DNA from: a virus
Lineage: Duplodnaviria; Heunggongvirae; Uroviricota; Caudoviricetes
Virus record (IMG/VR): IMGVR_UViG_3300037455_000543
Location: 123,136 to 187,135 of that record
Direction: 5' to 3' (one strand)
DNA length: 64,000 bases
Shown: positions 27,909 through 36,900 of the stretch, in pieces
How positions within the stretch are numbered: position 1 is the first letter of the stretch
Layout of the letters: the number at the start of each line of letters is the position of its first letter
Translations under genes and position numbers: made by a program
Notes under the pieces: model-generated
Databases searched by the model: none
What the model saw: the letters and a program-made list of their open reading frames with translations, nothing else
Told to the model about the DNA's origin: nothing

Positions 27909-28186
27909 TTATCATAATGAATTTTTAAACCTAGCAGAATGAAAATCAATATTGTTGCCAATGTGTAATTTACATATTGTGGATATTGCCACATTCCACT
28001 TTTTAAATTGGTCCAGAAGATATAAGCTGCACTACATAAGTTCCCGATAATCGACAATATAATAAAGAACATACTTAAATCGCCAGTTGATTTGGTCTTA
28101 TATGCCTTTATTACTTGGGGAAGGCTACATGTTGCAAAAGCGCCAGCACCGATAAATCCAATAATCAAGAATATTGTATCAAGCAT
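27890..28186 (-). CDS. SemiSWEET / PQ-loop family membrane protein (98 aa, 3 TM)
   Basis: SLPQVIKAYKTKSTGDLS matches the PQ-loop motif of bacterial SemiSWEETs. Three TM helices. The start overlaps the nrdG stop. Confidence 0.6.
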   Translation of the reverse strand: MLDTIFLIIGFIGAGAFATCSLPQVIKAYKTKSTGDLSMFFIILSIIGNLCSAAYIFWTNLKSGMWQYPQYVNYTLATILIFILLGLKIHYDKNKTGK

Positions 28187-28688
28187 TCCTTAATTCCTTA
28201 ATCTTATCTTTATCGAGTATACGTTGATTATTACTACCTCTAAACTTAAGGGATAGGTTTCGTTCGGCAAGAATAAACGGTCCGTCCACAAGTGTGTCTA
28301 TGGAGTCCAGAATGAGTCCTGTAACACCGTCAACATGTTTTCTCTGTCCTGGCAATAAATCCTTTTCAAGAACATAACCGGTATACATCCAGATATTCTT
28401 TTCTGGAAATCTTTCCTTAAATTTCTTGATAAGGTTTACAAGAACTTCTTGATTTTCTTCTTCAAATGGTTCACCACCCAATAAAGTTAAGCCAGAAATA
28501 TATTCCTTATCACATGCTTCAAGAATTTCATTTTCTTCAATTTCTGTAAATGGCTCACCATAATTAAAGTCCCATGTAACTTCATTGAAACAGCCTTTAC
28601 AATGATTCCTACAACCTGAAACAAATAATGAAACTCTTACTCCCGGTCCATCAGCAGTATCGATATATTTAATATTTGAATAATTCAT
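28179..28688 (-). CDS. nrdG: anaerobic ribonucleoside-triphosphate reductase activating protein (radical SAM)
   Basis: The CRNHCKGC CxxxCxxC cluster sits near the N-terminus. 169 aa. Confidence 0.85.
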   Translation of the reverse strand: MNYSNIKYIDTADGPGVRVSLFVSGCRNHCKGCFNEVTWDFNYGEPFTEIEENEILEACDKEYISGLTLLGGEPFEEENQEVLVNLIKKFKERFPEKNIWMYTGYVLEKDLLPGQRKHVDGVTGLILDSIDTLVDGPFILAERNLSLKFRGSNNQRILDKDKIKELRNA

Positions 28689-28756
28689 AAATCCTCATAA
28701 AAGATAGAAAAACCATGTAACTTTTTAGTTACATGATTTTTTATTTGAATTTCTAA

Positions 28757-30907
28757 TTAAAGGTGTAATACTCTGTCATGAATATCGCCTAAACGACCCT
28801 GACACATTTCGTTAGCATTTGAAAGATAACCACAAACACGACGAATAATATTCATTGTGCCTGCTTCGGTATTACCACACTGTGGGCACTTCCAAATAAG
28901 CTTACCATTTTCATCCTTTACCATGCTAATTTCGCCTTGGAAACCACATTTCTGACAAGTATCAAGTTTTGTATTAATTTCAGCATACATGATATTGTCA
29001 TAGATATGTTTAATAACAGCCATAATAGCATCAACATTATTAGCCATATTAGGTGTTTCTACATAAGAAATTGCACCACCCGGAGAAAGCTTCTGGAATT
29101 CTGCTTCCTTGGTAATCTTCTCGAATGCATCAATCTTTTCGAAAACAGGAATATGATAAGAGTTAGTGATATAGTTACGGTCAGTGATACCTTCTACTAC
29201 GCCGAATCTTGCCTGTAAGCACTTAGCAAACTTCTCAGTAGTATTTTCAATCGGAGTTCCATAAACAGAATAGTCGATTTTTTCAATCTGCTTCCATGCC
29301 TTACACTTATCATTAAGCTTCTTCATAACTTCAAGACCAAATTCTCTACCACCTTCTTCAGTATGAGATTTACCAGTCATATACTTTACACATTCATAAA
29401 GACCAGCATAACCAAGGGAAATAGTAGAATATCCATTATAAAGGAGGTTATCAATAGTTTCACCTTTCTTTAATCTAGCAAAAGCACCATTCTGCCAAAG
29501 AATCGGAGCAACATCAGACTTGACGCCACGAAGATGTTCATGACGTAATCTCAAAGCACGGTGACAGAGTTCCAACCTTTCCTCAAGAATATACCAGAAC
29601 TTTTCAATATTCTTACCAGAAGATAATGCGACGTCAGGCAAGTTAATAGAAACAACACCCTGGTTAAAACGACCGTAATACTTCGGCTTCTTAGTCTTCG
29701 GATCTCTATATGGAGTCAAGAACGAACGACAACCCATACATGGATAGCAATCACCTTCTTCTCCCTTCTTAGAAATCTTCTGCTGCTTCATTATCTTTTC
29801 AGAAATATAGTCAGGAACCATTCTTTCAGCTGTGCATTTTGCAGCAAGCTGTGTCAAATAATAATACTTACTATCTGGATGAATATTATCTTCTTCAAGA
29901 ACGTAAAGAAGCTTCGGGAACGGGTTAGCATAGTAAACACCAACTTCATTCTTTACGCCCTTGATTCTTTGGTTAAGAATTTCTTCAATAACTCTTGCCA
30001 AGTCTTCCTTAGCTTCTTCGTTTTCTGCTTCATTCAAGTAAAGACATACAGATACGAAAGGTGTTTGACCGTTAGTAGTCTGCAAAGTTAAAATCTGATA
30101 CTGAAGAGTCTGAACACCATCACGAATATCCTTTCTAACAAGCTGTTCAATCTGTTCTTCATTCATGGTCGGGAATTCTTTCTTAAAGTATTCTCTTGCA
30201 ACCGGAATAAACTTTGCAAGATGACTAGCAGTAATAGTCTGACCACCATATTGTGACGATGCAACCTGTGCAACAATCTGAGATGCAATATTACAAGCAT
30301 TTCTGAAAGTATGCGGCTTATCGATTGTATTACCAGAAATTACTGTTCCATTCTGCAACATATCGTCAAGGTTGATCAAGCAACAGTTATGCTCTGGCAT
30401 TGCGAAATAATCCATGTCATGGAAATGAATAATGCCTTCCTTATGAGCTTTCCAGATATCTGACGGAATAAGATAACGTCTTGAAATATCTTTAGAAACT
30501 TCACCTGCCATATAATCTCTCATTGTAGAGACAATAGTCGGGTTCTTATTTGCATTTTCCTGCTTAATTTCTTCATTATCGCCATTAAGTAACGCAAGAA
30601 TCTTATCGTCAGTAGTGTTAGTTCTATTGTCAAGTGCTTTCTGATAACGATATGTAATATATTCAGTTGCGACTTCATATTTTCCAGCGACCATGATAGA
30701 CTTTTCAACCATAGACTGGATATCAAGATAACTAATAGTTACTGTAGCCTGCTTACATTTATCTTCTATATTTTTAGCGATTTCCTTTATTTCGGCAATC
30801 GTGAGTCTGTCTTCCATTCTAACCTTCTCATTTGCCCTGGAAATCGCTTCAATAATATTAGTTTTATTAAACACTGCTTCAGAACCATTACGCTTTCTAA
30901 TCTTCAT
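28757..30907 (-). CDS. nrdD: anaerobic ribonucleoside-triphosphate reductase (class III)
   Basis: N-terminal ATP-cone (MKIRKRNGSEAVF...). C-terminal glycine-radical motif RVCGYL plus zinc ribbon CQKCG...CPQCG. The ATG at 30907 is preferred over the TTG-initiated extension to 30958 in the track. Confidence 0.9.
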   Translation of the reverse strand: MKIRKRNGSEAVFNKTNIIEAISRANEKVRMEDRLTIAEIKEIAKNIEDKCKQATVTISYLDIQSMVEKSIMVAGKYEVATEYITYRYQKALDNRTNTTDDKILALLNGDNEEIKQENANKNPTIVSTMRDYMAGEVSKDISRRYLIPSDIWKAHKEGIIHFHDMDYFAMPEHNCCLINLDDMLQNGTVISGNTIDKPHTFRNACNIASQIVAQVASSQYGGQTITASHLAKFIPVAREYFKKEFPTMNEEQIEQLVRKDIRDGVQTLQYQILTLQTTNGQTPFVSVCLYLNEAENEEAKEDLARVIEEILNQRIKGVKNEVGVYYANPFPKLLYVLEEDNIHPDSKYYYLTQLAAKCTAERMVPDYISEKIMKQQKISKKGEEGDCYPCMGCRSFLTPYRDPKTKKPKYYGRFNQGVVSINLPDVALSSGKNIEKFWYILEERLELCHRALRLRHEHLRGVKSDVAPILWQNGAFARLKKGETIDNLLYNGYSTISLGYAGLYECVKYMTGKSHTEEGGREFGLEVMKKLNDKCKAWKQIEKIDYSVYGTPIENTTEKFAKCLQARFGVVEGITDRNYITNSYHIPVFEKIDAFEKITKEAEFQKLSPGGAISYVETPNMANNVDAIMAVIKHIYDNIMYAEINTKLDTCQKCGFQGEISMVKDENGKLIWKCPQCGNTEAGTMNIIRRVCGYLSNANEMCQGRLGDIHDRVLHL

Positions 30908-31051
30908 ATATTTTCCTCTTTTTTGCCTCTTAAAAACGAACAAAAATCGTCTCACCAACCTGAGTTTTACCTCTCGTGGTTTTATATTTATGTTGCTTTT
31001 GAAAGCTGCAAAAATGCTATTTTACTTATTTTTTTACCAATCTTTTCCATA

Positions 31052-31059
31052 CAAATATA
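31052..31059 (-). promoter_or_regulatory. -7 box TATATTTG (minus strand) about 145 nt upstream of nrdD
   Basis: Minus-strand TTACTATATTTGTATGG. This gives nrdD a long 5' leader. Confidence 0.35.
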
Positions 31060-31099
31060 GTAAAAAAATTGATACAAAATGGTCCTGAAAAATGTTCTG

Positions 31100-31140
31100 G
31101 AAAAAGAAAAAAGACCAACCAGGAGTGCTGGTTTGGTCTC
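31100..31140 (-). terminator. rho-independent terminator after the SPFH gene
   Basis: AGACCAAACCAG-CACTC-CTGGTTGGTCT followed by TTTTTTCTTTTT on the minus strand. Confidence 0.5.
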
Positions 31141-31163
31141 TAAAATTCTGAGAATTTTATATA

Positions 31164-32741
31164 TTAACCGTTGAGCTGCTTCGGTTCGGTCTTACCACCG
31201 ACACCAGCGAGCTTGCTACCCATGAGAGAGCTGAGCAATACACGCGGGTCGATACCGAGAGAGTCGGTCAAACCACTAGTAATCTGAGAGATGGTCTTGG
31301 TGATGTCACCAGTGAGCTTAGCACCGTTTCCTTCACCATACATAGTGATGTTACCAATCTTTTCCATCGGCTTAGCGACAGCACCAGCGATTTCAGGCAA
31401 CTGAGCGAAGTAAGTCTTGAGTGCATCGAGCTGCATGTCCTGCTTAGCAGCGTCACCATACTTAGCCATAGCGTCAGCCTTCTTATCAAGAGCTTCAGCT
31501 TCTGCAAGACCCTTAGCCTTAGTAGCAGCAGCTTCACCTTCACCCTTAAGCTTACTTGCACGACCTTCAGCTTCACCAGTAGCAGCAATACCCTTTGCCT
31601 TATTGACTGCAGCTTCGTAATCAGCTTCAGCCATGGTCTTAACAGCGACTGCCTTCTGTTCCTGTCCATAACGGTCAGCATCAGCACTTCTTTCTTGTTC
31701 ATACTTTTCAGCTTCAGCTTTCTTCTGTCTTTCATACAGAGCAGCATCAGATTGCTTCTGCTTTGCATAGAGTGCAGCTTCAGCCTGGAGCATTGCGGCA
31801 GACTTTTCAGCTTCTGCCTTCTTAGTAATCTGAGCTTCAAGTTCCTTCTGAGTAACAGCTACGCGACGTTCCCTAATTTCAATTTCCTTTTCCTGCTTTG
31901 CAACTTCAGCTTCAGCAGCGGTAATGTTAATTTGCTTCAACTGAGTCTGCTTCTGAATTTCATAAGCAGCATCTGCAATAGCCTTCTGATTATCTGCTTC
32001 CTTCTTCAGGTTTGCTTTCTTAATTTCAAGTTCGTTGTTTCGTTCAGCAATAGTTGTTTCGGTCTTAACTTCAGCGTCGTTTGCTTCCTTCTTAGCAACA
32101 GCCTGAGCAACCTTAATATCCTTTTCAGCCTGAGCCTTAGAAATTGCTGCCTGCTTCTTAATCGCAACGATATTATCAATACCAAGGTTAACAATCACAT
32201 CATTATCGTCTTCAAAGTTCTGAACATTGAAAGATACAAGATCAAGACCCATAGCAGCGAGGTCCGGAGTAACATTTTCTGTAACCTGCTGTGCAAATGC
32301 CTTTCGGTCACCAATCATGTCGGTAAGCTTCATCTTACCGACAATCTCTCTCATATTACCTTCAAGAACTTCATTCACAACGCCTGCAATATAATTAGTG
32401 TCCTTATTCAAGAAGTTCTGAGCTGCAATCGGCAAAAGCTTTTCATTATTAGAAATCTTAACGTTAACGTTCGCATCGACTGTCACGTTAATATAATCTG
32501 CAGTCGGAATTGATTGCTTAGTCTTGACGTCAATCTTAATAAGCTTCAGAGAAAGCACGTCAAATCTTTCAAGGAACGGAATTCTGATACCAGCTTTACC
32601 AATGATATATCTCGGCATTTTTCGAATACCAGAGATAATATATGCAGTATCAGGCGGAGCCTTAATATAAGACATCACGAAGATGATACCGAGGAAGATG
32701 AGAACAGCGGCAACGCCGCCAATGATATAGAGATTAGGCAT
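31164..32741 (-). CDS. SPFH/band-7 (flotillin-like) membrane protein with a long Ala/Glu/Lys coiled coil
   Basis: N-terminal TM helix followed by the SPFH core IIGKAGIRIPFLERFDVLSLKLIKIDVKTKQSIPTADYINVTVDANV. About 250 aa of AEAEK-type coiled coil follows. Confidence 0.75.
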   Translation of the reverse strand: MPNLYIIGGVAAVLIFLGIIFVMSYIKAPPDTAYIISGIRKMPRYIIGKAGIRIPFLERFDVLSLKLIKIDVKTKQSIPTADYINVTVDANVNVKISNNEKLLPIAAQNFLNKDTNYIAGVVNEVLEGNMREIVGKMKLTDMIGDRKAFAQQVTENVTPDLAAMGLDLVSFNVQNFEDDNDVIVNLGIDNIVAIKKQAAISKAQAEKDIKVAQAVAKKEANDAEVKTETTIAERNNELEIKKANLKKEADNQKAIADAAYEIQKQTQLKQINITAAEAEVAKQEKEIEIRERRVAVTQKELEAQITKKAEAEKSAAMLQAEAALYAKQKQSDAALYERQKKAEAEKYEQERSADADRYGQEQKAVAVKTMAEADYEAAVNKAKGIAATGEAEGRASKLKGEGEAAATKAKGLAEAEALDKKADAMAKYGDAAKQDMQLDALKTYFAQLPEIAGAVAKPMEKIGNITMYGEGNGAKLTGDITKTISQITSGLTDSLGIDPRVLLSSLMGSKLAGVGGKTEPKQLNG

Positions 32742-32785
32742 ATTTTTATGTTTCCTTATTTTAGTGTTTGTTTTAATGTTTGAAT

Positions 32786-32793
32786 TAAATATA
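32786..32793 (-). promoter_or_regulatory. -7 box TATATTTA (minus strand) for the SPFH gene
   Basis: 44 nt upstream of the ATG at 32741. Confidence 0.3.
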
Positions 32794-32825
32794 ATAAAAA
32801 ACAGGTATCTTGTAAATACCTGTTT
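32790..32825 (-). terminator. rho-independent terminator
   Basis: ACAGGTAT-CTTGTAA-ATACCTGT with a U-run on the minus strand. Confidence 0.5.
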
Positions 32826-32860
32826 ATGTCCATATTAATGTAAATTTTATTTAACTTATA

Positions 32861-33688
32861 TTACCAGACAAGTCTTAAAACCTCGTCTGCATATTTATCT
32901 ACTAAAGCAGCGAGATCGTCTTGACCCTTATCTTGGAAATATTTTTTCATTTTTGCAAGTCCATCTTTAGCTTCGCCTTTTTTATCAGAACTTGATATTG
33001 CATTACCAATTCTTCTAACAAATATTTCAATAGTTTCAAGATTTTGTCTAATACGGTCTTTGTCTTGAGCTTCATCAGCTTCTTTTAATTCTTTGAACTT
33101 TTCAACGAGTGTATTATAATATCTTGCTTCACGTTCATCTGGATCTTCACGATAACGTCTAAAACCTGTAGTAGAATCATACCAATGGCCTTCAACAATA
33201 TAATTATTTTCTTTTAAAAGCTTAATTGCATTATCAACTTCTACAGATTCGGAATAACGTTTTTTCATACTAGAAATAATTTCATTTGCTAATGCTATAA
33301 CTTTTTCTTTTTTAATGTCTTCTGCATTAATAAAACCCCAGCCGGTTGCATCTTCATAAACTCTCTTAGAATCATTATATCTATAACAGACAGAACCTCC
33401 AAGTCCAGTAATTGTATTTTCCTTTCCTTGTTCCTTCATACGAACAGCTGCATAATATGTCTTTTCGTCATTACTAATAACATCTATCTTTTTAACCAAC
33501 ATACATTTGCATACAAATCTATCCGTATTCATATCATAGGCATCTACGATAGGAAAATCACAGTTTTTAGAAATTTCTTCTGTTCTACGAAGAACTTGGT
33601 TTTCAAGTTCCTTGTAATCAATTTCTTCAGTTCTTTCGCAAAAAAGCCCATTTTCTTTTAAAACTTGTTTAGCTTCGTTTAAATTCAT
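32861..33688 (-). CDS. paralog-family protein 5 (275 aa)
   Basis: N-terminus MNLNEAKQVLKENGLF. An internal second copy DNAIKLLKENNYIVE. A TATAAATA box at 33713-33720 (minus) with an AAGGAG RBS. Confidence 0.5.
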   Translation of the reverse strand: MNLNEAKQVLKENGLFCERTEEIDYKELENQVLRRTEEISKNCDFPIVDAYDMNTDRFVCKCMLVKKIDVISNDEKTYYAAVRMKEQGKENTITGLGGSVCYRYNDSKRVYEDATGWGFINAEDIKKEKVIALANEIISSMKKRYSESVEVDNAIKLLKENNYIVEGHWYDSTTGFRRYREDPDEREARYYNTLVEKFKELKEADEAQDKDRIRQNLETIEIFVRRIGNAISSSDKKGEAKDGLAKMKKYFQDKGQDDLAALVDKYADEVLRLVW

Positions 33689-33726
33689 TGTTTTTCTCCT
33701 TAAACTTTATATTATTTATAAAAAAA

Positions 33727-33752
33727 CCTAGGCTTTTAACCTAGGTTTTAAT
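33727..33752. terminator. bidirectional terminator hairpin
   Basis: AACCTAGG-CTTTTAA-CCTAGGTT flanked by A7 and T4 runs. Confidence 0.45.
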
Positions 33753-33757
33753 ATTTA

Positions 33758-33895
33758 AGGATTTAATCTTTTATAACTTAGATGGACTAATGCATCATCG
33801 TTATCCTGTAAATTCTGAGATTTCTGAACATCTGATAATTCTTTTTCTTTTGAGAAGAATTCTTTAGAAAATGGATTAATGAACTCAATTTTCAT
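33758..33895 (-). CDS. small ORF (46 aa) starting 8 nt after the giant gene stop
   Basis: Hand-translated as MKIEFINPFSKEFFSKEKELSDVQKSQNLQDNDDALVHLSYKRLNP. Below the track cutoff. Confidence 0.25.
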
Positions 33896-33902
33896 TATAA
33901 CC

Positions 33903-36900
33903 TTACTTCTTATTTGGACGCTTGAAACCAAATGTCTTCATAGTTTCATCTTTCTTTACAGTCTTGTCACCTTTACGTTGTTCCTTATAATCACAACGGT
34001 GCTTTGCAATCGACTTACTATAAAGTTTAGTCAAATATGCGCCTGTTCCAAGAGCATGTTTATTCTTGGCCTTGACAGTTCCATCTCTATCAGCTAACCA
34101 ATCAATAACCATCTGAACTGTTCCTGCACTTGTAGTCTTAGCTTCGTCATTCAATGTAAATTCGATATTGAAATCGTTTACATAGTTAGCAGCATTAGTA
34201 TAGACCCAAAGATGTAAGTTGTATTTTACATCATAGAGAGGAATATTCAAACCATACTTCTGATAATCCTTCTGGAATTCTTCAGTACAATGCTCTTCAA
34301 CATACTGATCAACTGGAATTCCATGTGTGGAGGCACCCACTATATTGCCATTATCATCAACTGGAATCTGACCGTTTTTCGTGATGTCATCCAATGTGGC
34401 GAGTGAACCCGTCGGAGAAACAGATGGAAGTACAATATCAACCTTGAAGCCAACACCAATTACATCTGGAATTGTATCATTCTTCGGGTCAACAAACTTA
34501 ACGTCATAAGGTTTCTTATCATTATACTTGTGACCGCTAGAATAATATTCATCAACCTTGTCCTGATCAACCATAGTTACTGGATGAACAAGCTCAATAT
34601 CAATATCCTTTGCTTCATTCATAATAACCATTACGGTATCAGCAGAAACGTTACCTGCCTTATCAACATATCTTCTAATAACATAGTTGACACCTTTTTC
34701 AAGTCTCTGTAAATTCAATGTATCTTGAACAATACCATTTACTGTCCACTTGACCGGAATTGCATTGGTATTGTAAGATTGTCCACGAACTGGATCAGAA
34801 ATTTCAACCTTAGGCGGAATATTATCATAGATAATATCTACCTTAGAAGAAGCCTTGTTACCAAAGTCATCAGTATATACATAGCTTACAGTAAAGGCGA
34901 TGTTACCTTCCTTGTTCTTCGTAATCTTCTTGTCATCACCAAGATAATAAGAAACAGTAGTGCAAGAATCAACCTTATAAGAAACTTCATAATCGCTAAC
35001 TCTCTGACCAGTCAAATTATCAGTCTTATAAGTGATAGTCAATTCCTTACCGTCTTGCTTAACTGTATATGTAACAGTCTGAACAGTATCAATCGGGTTC
35101 ATTTTCTTATCAACAATCTTGGTCAATGTAATCTTTCTATCACCATCCTTGACAACTTCCTTGACTTCAATCAAGCCACCGCCAATCTGTGTATATGTAG
35201 CAAGAGACTCATCAATCAAGTAATTATATTCGGTTACGTTCTTAGAAGAAACGTGAAGAGTATCAAGCTTAACATCAATCGGGAAAGTCTTTTCTGTCTT
35301 ATGAATAGTATCACGAACAGTAACCTTTAATTCATTATCTTTCTTATTGACATAAATCTTATCATCCTTTTCTTCTTCGATAGTAATGTAGTCAATCAAG
35401 GCATCAGTAGACTTTGCATTGGTCAAAGTAACAACTGGCGGAGCATCATTGAACAATACTACGATAGAATCACAAACAGTCTTCTTATCATTACATACCT
35501 TAATAGTTGTGTCCTTATGAATTCTAGGATTATCATAATGAGTTGTGCAGCTATCGCCTTCACAAATGGTCCACTTGAATTCATGGTCAGGATCATTGGT
35601 CTTTACGGTATCAGGTGGCGGATTATGATCCCATTCAGTAATCTTTACATCTTCAGGTTCATCGAGAATTCTGATAATTACCTGGGCGGTATCAGAAAAT
35701 TCACCATCGGTTACAATAACAGTTACAGTGTCCTTAGTCTTCTTTTCATAGTCAATCGGGTTCTTGATAGTAATTACACCAGTAGAATCGATAGAATAGT
35801 TCGTAGTATCGGTAATTATATACTTAGGAGTTGTTTTATCTTCATCGGTTGCAGTAATCTTGCAAACCTTACCAGTATAATTTTCCTTTACAGAACAAGT
35901 AGTATCTTGAACATGAACTGGCTCATTAATATCAGTTACCTTAATTACATAGGTAGCTGTATCAGCTGCACCACTAGAATCCTTTGCAATAACCGTAATC
36001 TTAACTTCTGGAGTTTTCTCATAATCAAGAGGATCAGTGAGCTTTAATACACCATTAGAATCGATTGTAAAGCCTGGTTCCTTAACTTCGTAAATTACCT
36101 TATCGCTATCTGGGTCAACAGCAGTAATGATGCCAACAATACAGCTCTTGCAATTTTCAGGAACTATAAGAGAGTCATTCGGCTGTAATACAGGAGGTTC
36201 ATTTACATTCTTAATATCAACAACAACTATGGCAGTATCAGTAAATACGCCATCAGTTACAAATACCTTAACAGTATCGGACTTAGTAACTTCATAGTCA
36301 AAAGGATCTACCAGTCTAAGAACACCAGTATTAGTATCGATGCTGTAATGCACAGTATCATCGCAAGAAAATTTAACAGGCTTTCCATCTTCATCTTCTC
36401 CTTTGACTTTACCGATTTCGCCAGTCTTGCCTTCATCTACAACAAATGTAGTATCTTTGGTATGAACTGGTTCATTAACATCAGTTACTTTTATATTTAC
36501 AGTCATAGTATCTTTTGCCTTACCATCGTCAGCAACTACCTTGAATGTAAATCCTTTTTCTTTTTCATAGTCAAATGTTCTAGTAGAAGTAATTACGCCA
36601 GTAGAATCAATCTTGAAAGGAACAGTTCCAACAATAGAATAAGTAATCTTATCACCATCTTGGTCAGTAGCCTTTACACTATCCTTAAACGGTTTATTTT
36701 CATCTACATAGAATGTAGTATCATGAGTAGCGAACTTAGGACCATCATTGCTGTTTGTAATATTAACAGTAACAATAGCACTATCCTTTAAGCTAGGATC
36801 ATTCTTATCCTGGACCAAAACCTTAATTGTATAAGTCTTTTGGTCTGTTTCATAATCAAATGTCTTCTTAGCCCACAATTCGCCATCAGAATCAAGTCTG

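Noticed and set aside
28757-30958. Longer nrdD ORF initiating at TTG 30958 (MVRRFLFVFKRQKRGKY...)
   Set aside because: The ATP-cone begins at MKIRKRNG (ATG 30907), which has an AGAGGA RBS. The extension is a basic low-complexity peptide with a non-ATG start.
31268-32513. Antisense and overlapping ORFs inside the SPFH gene (31268..31840 minus frame, 31417..31620 plus, 31695..32513 plus, 32006..32194 minus)
   Set aside because: These are low-complexity translations of the repetitive GCAGAAGC coiled-coil coding DNA in other frames. They have no independent start signals.
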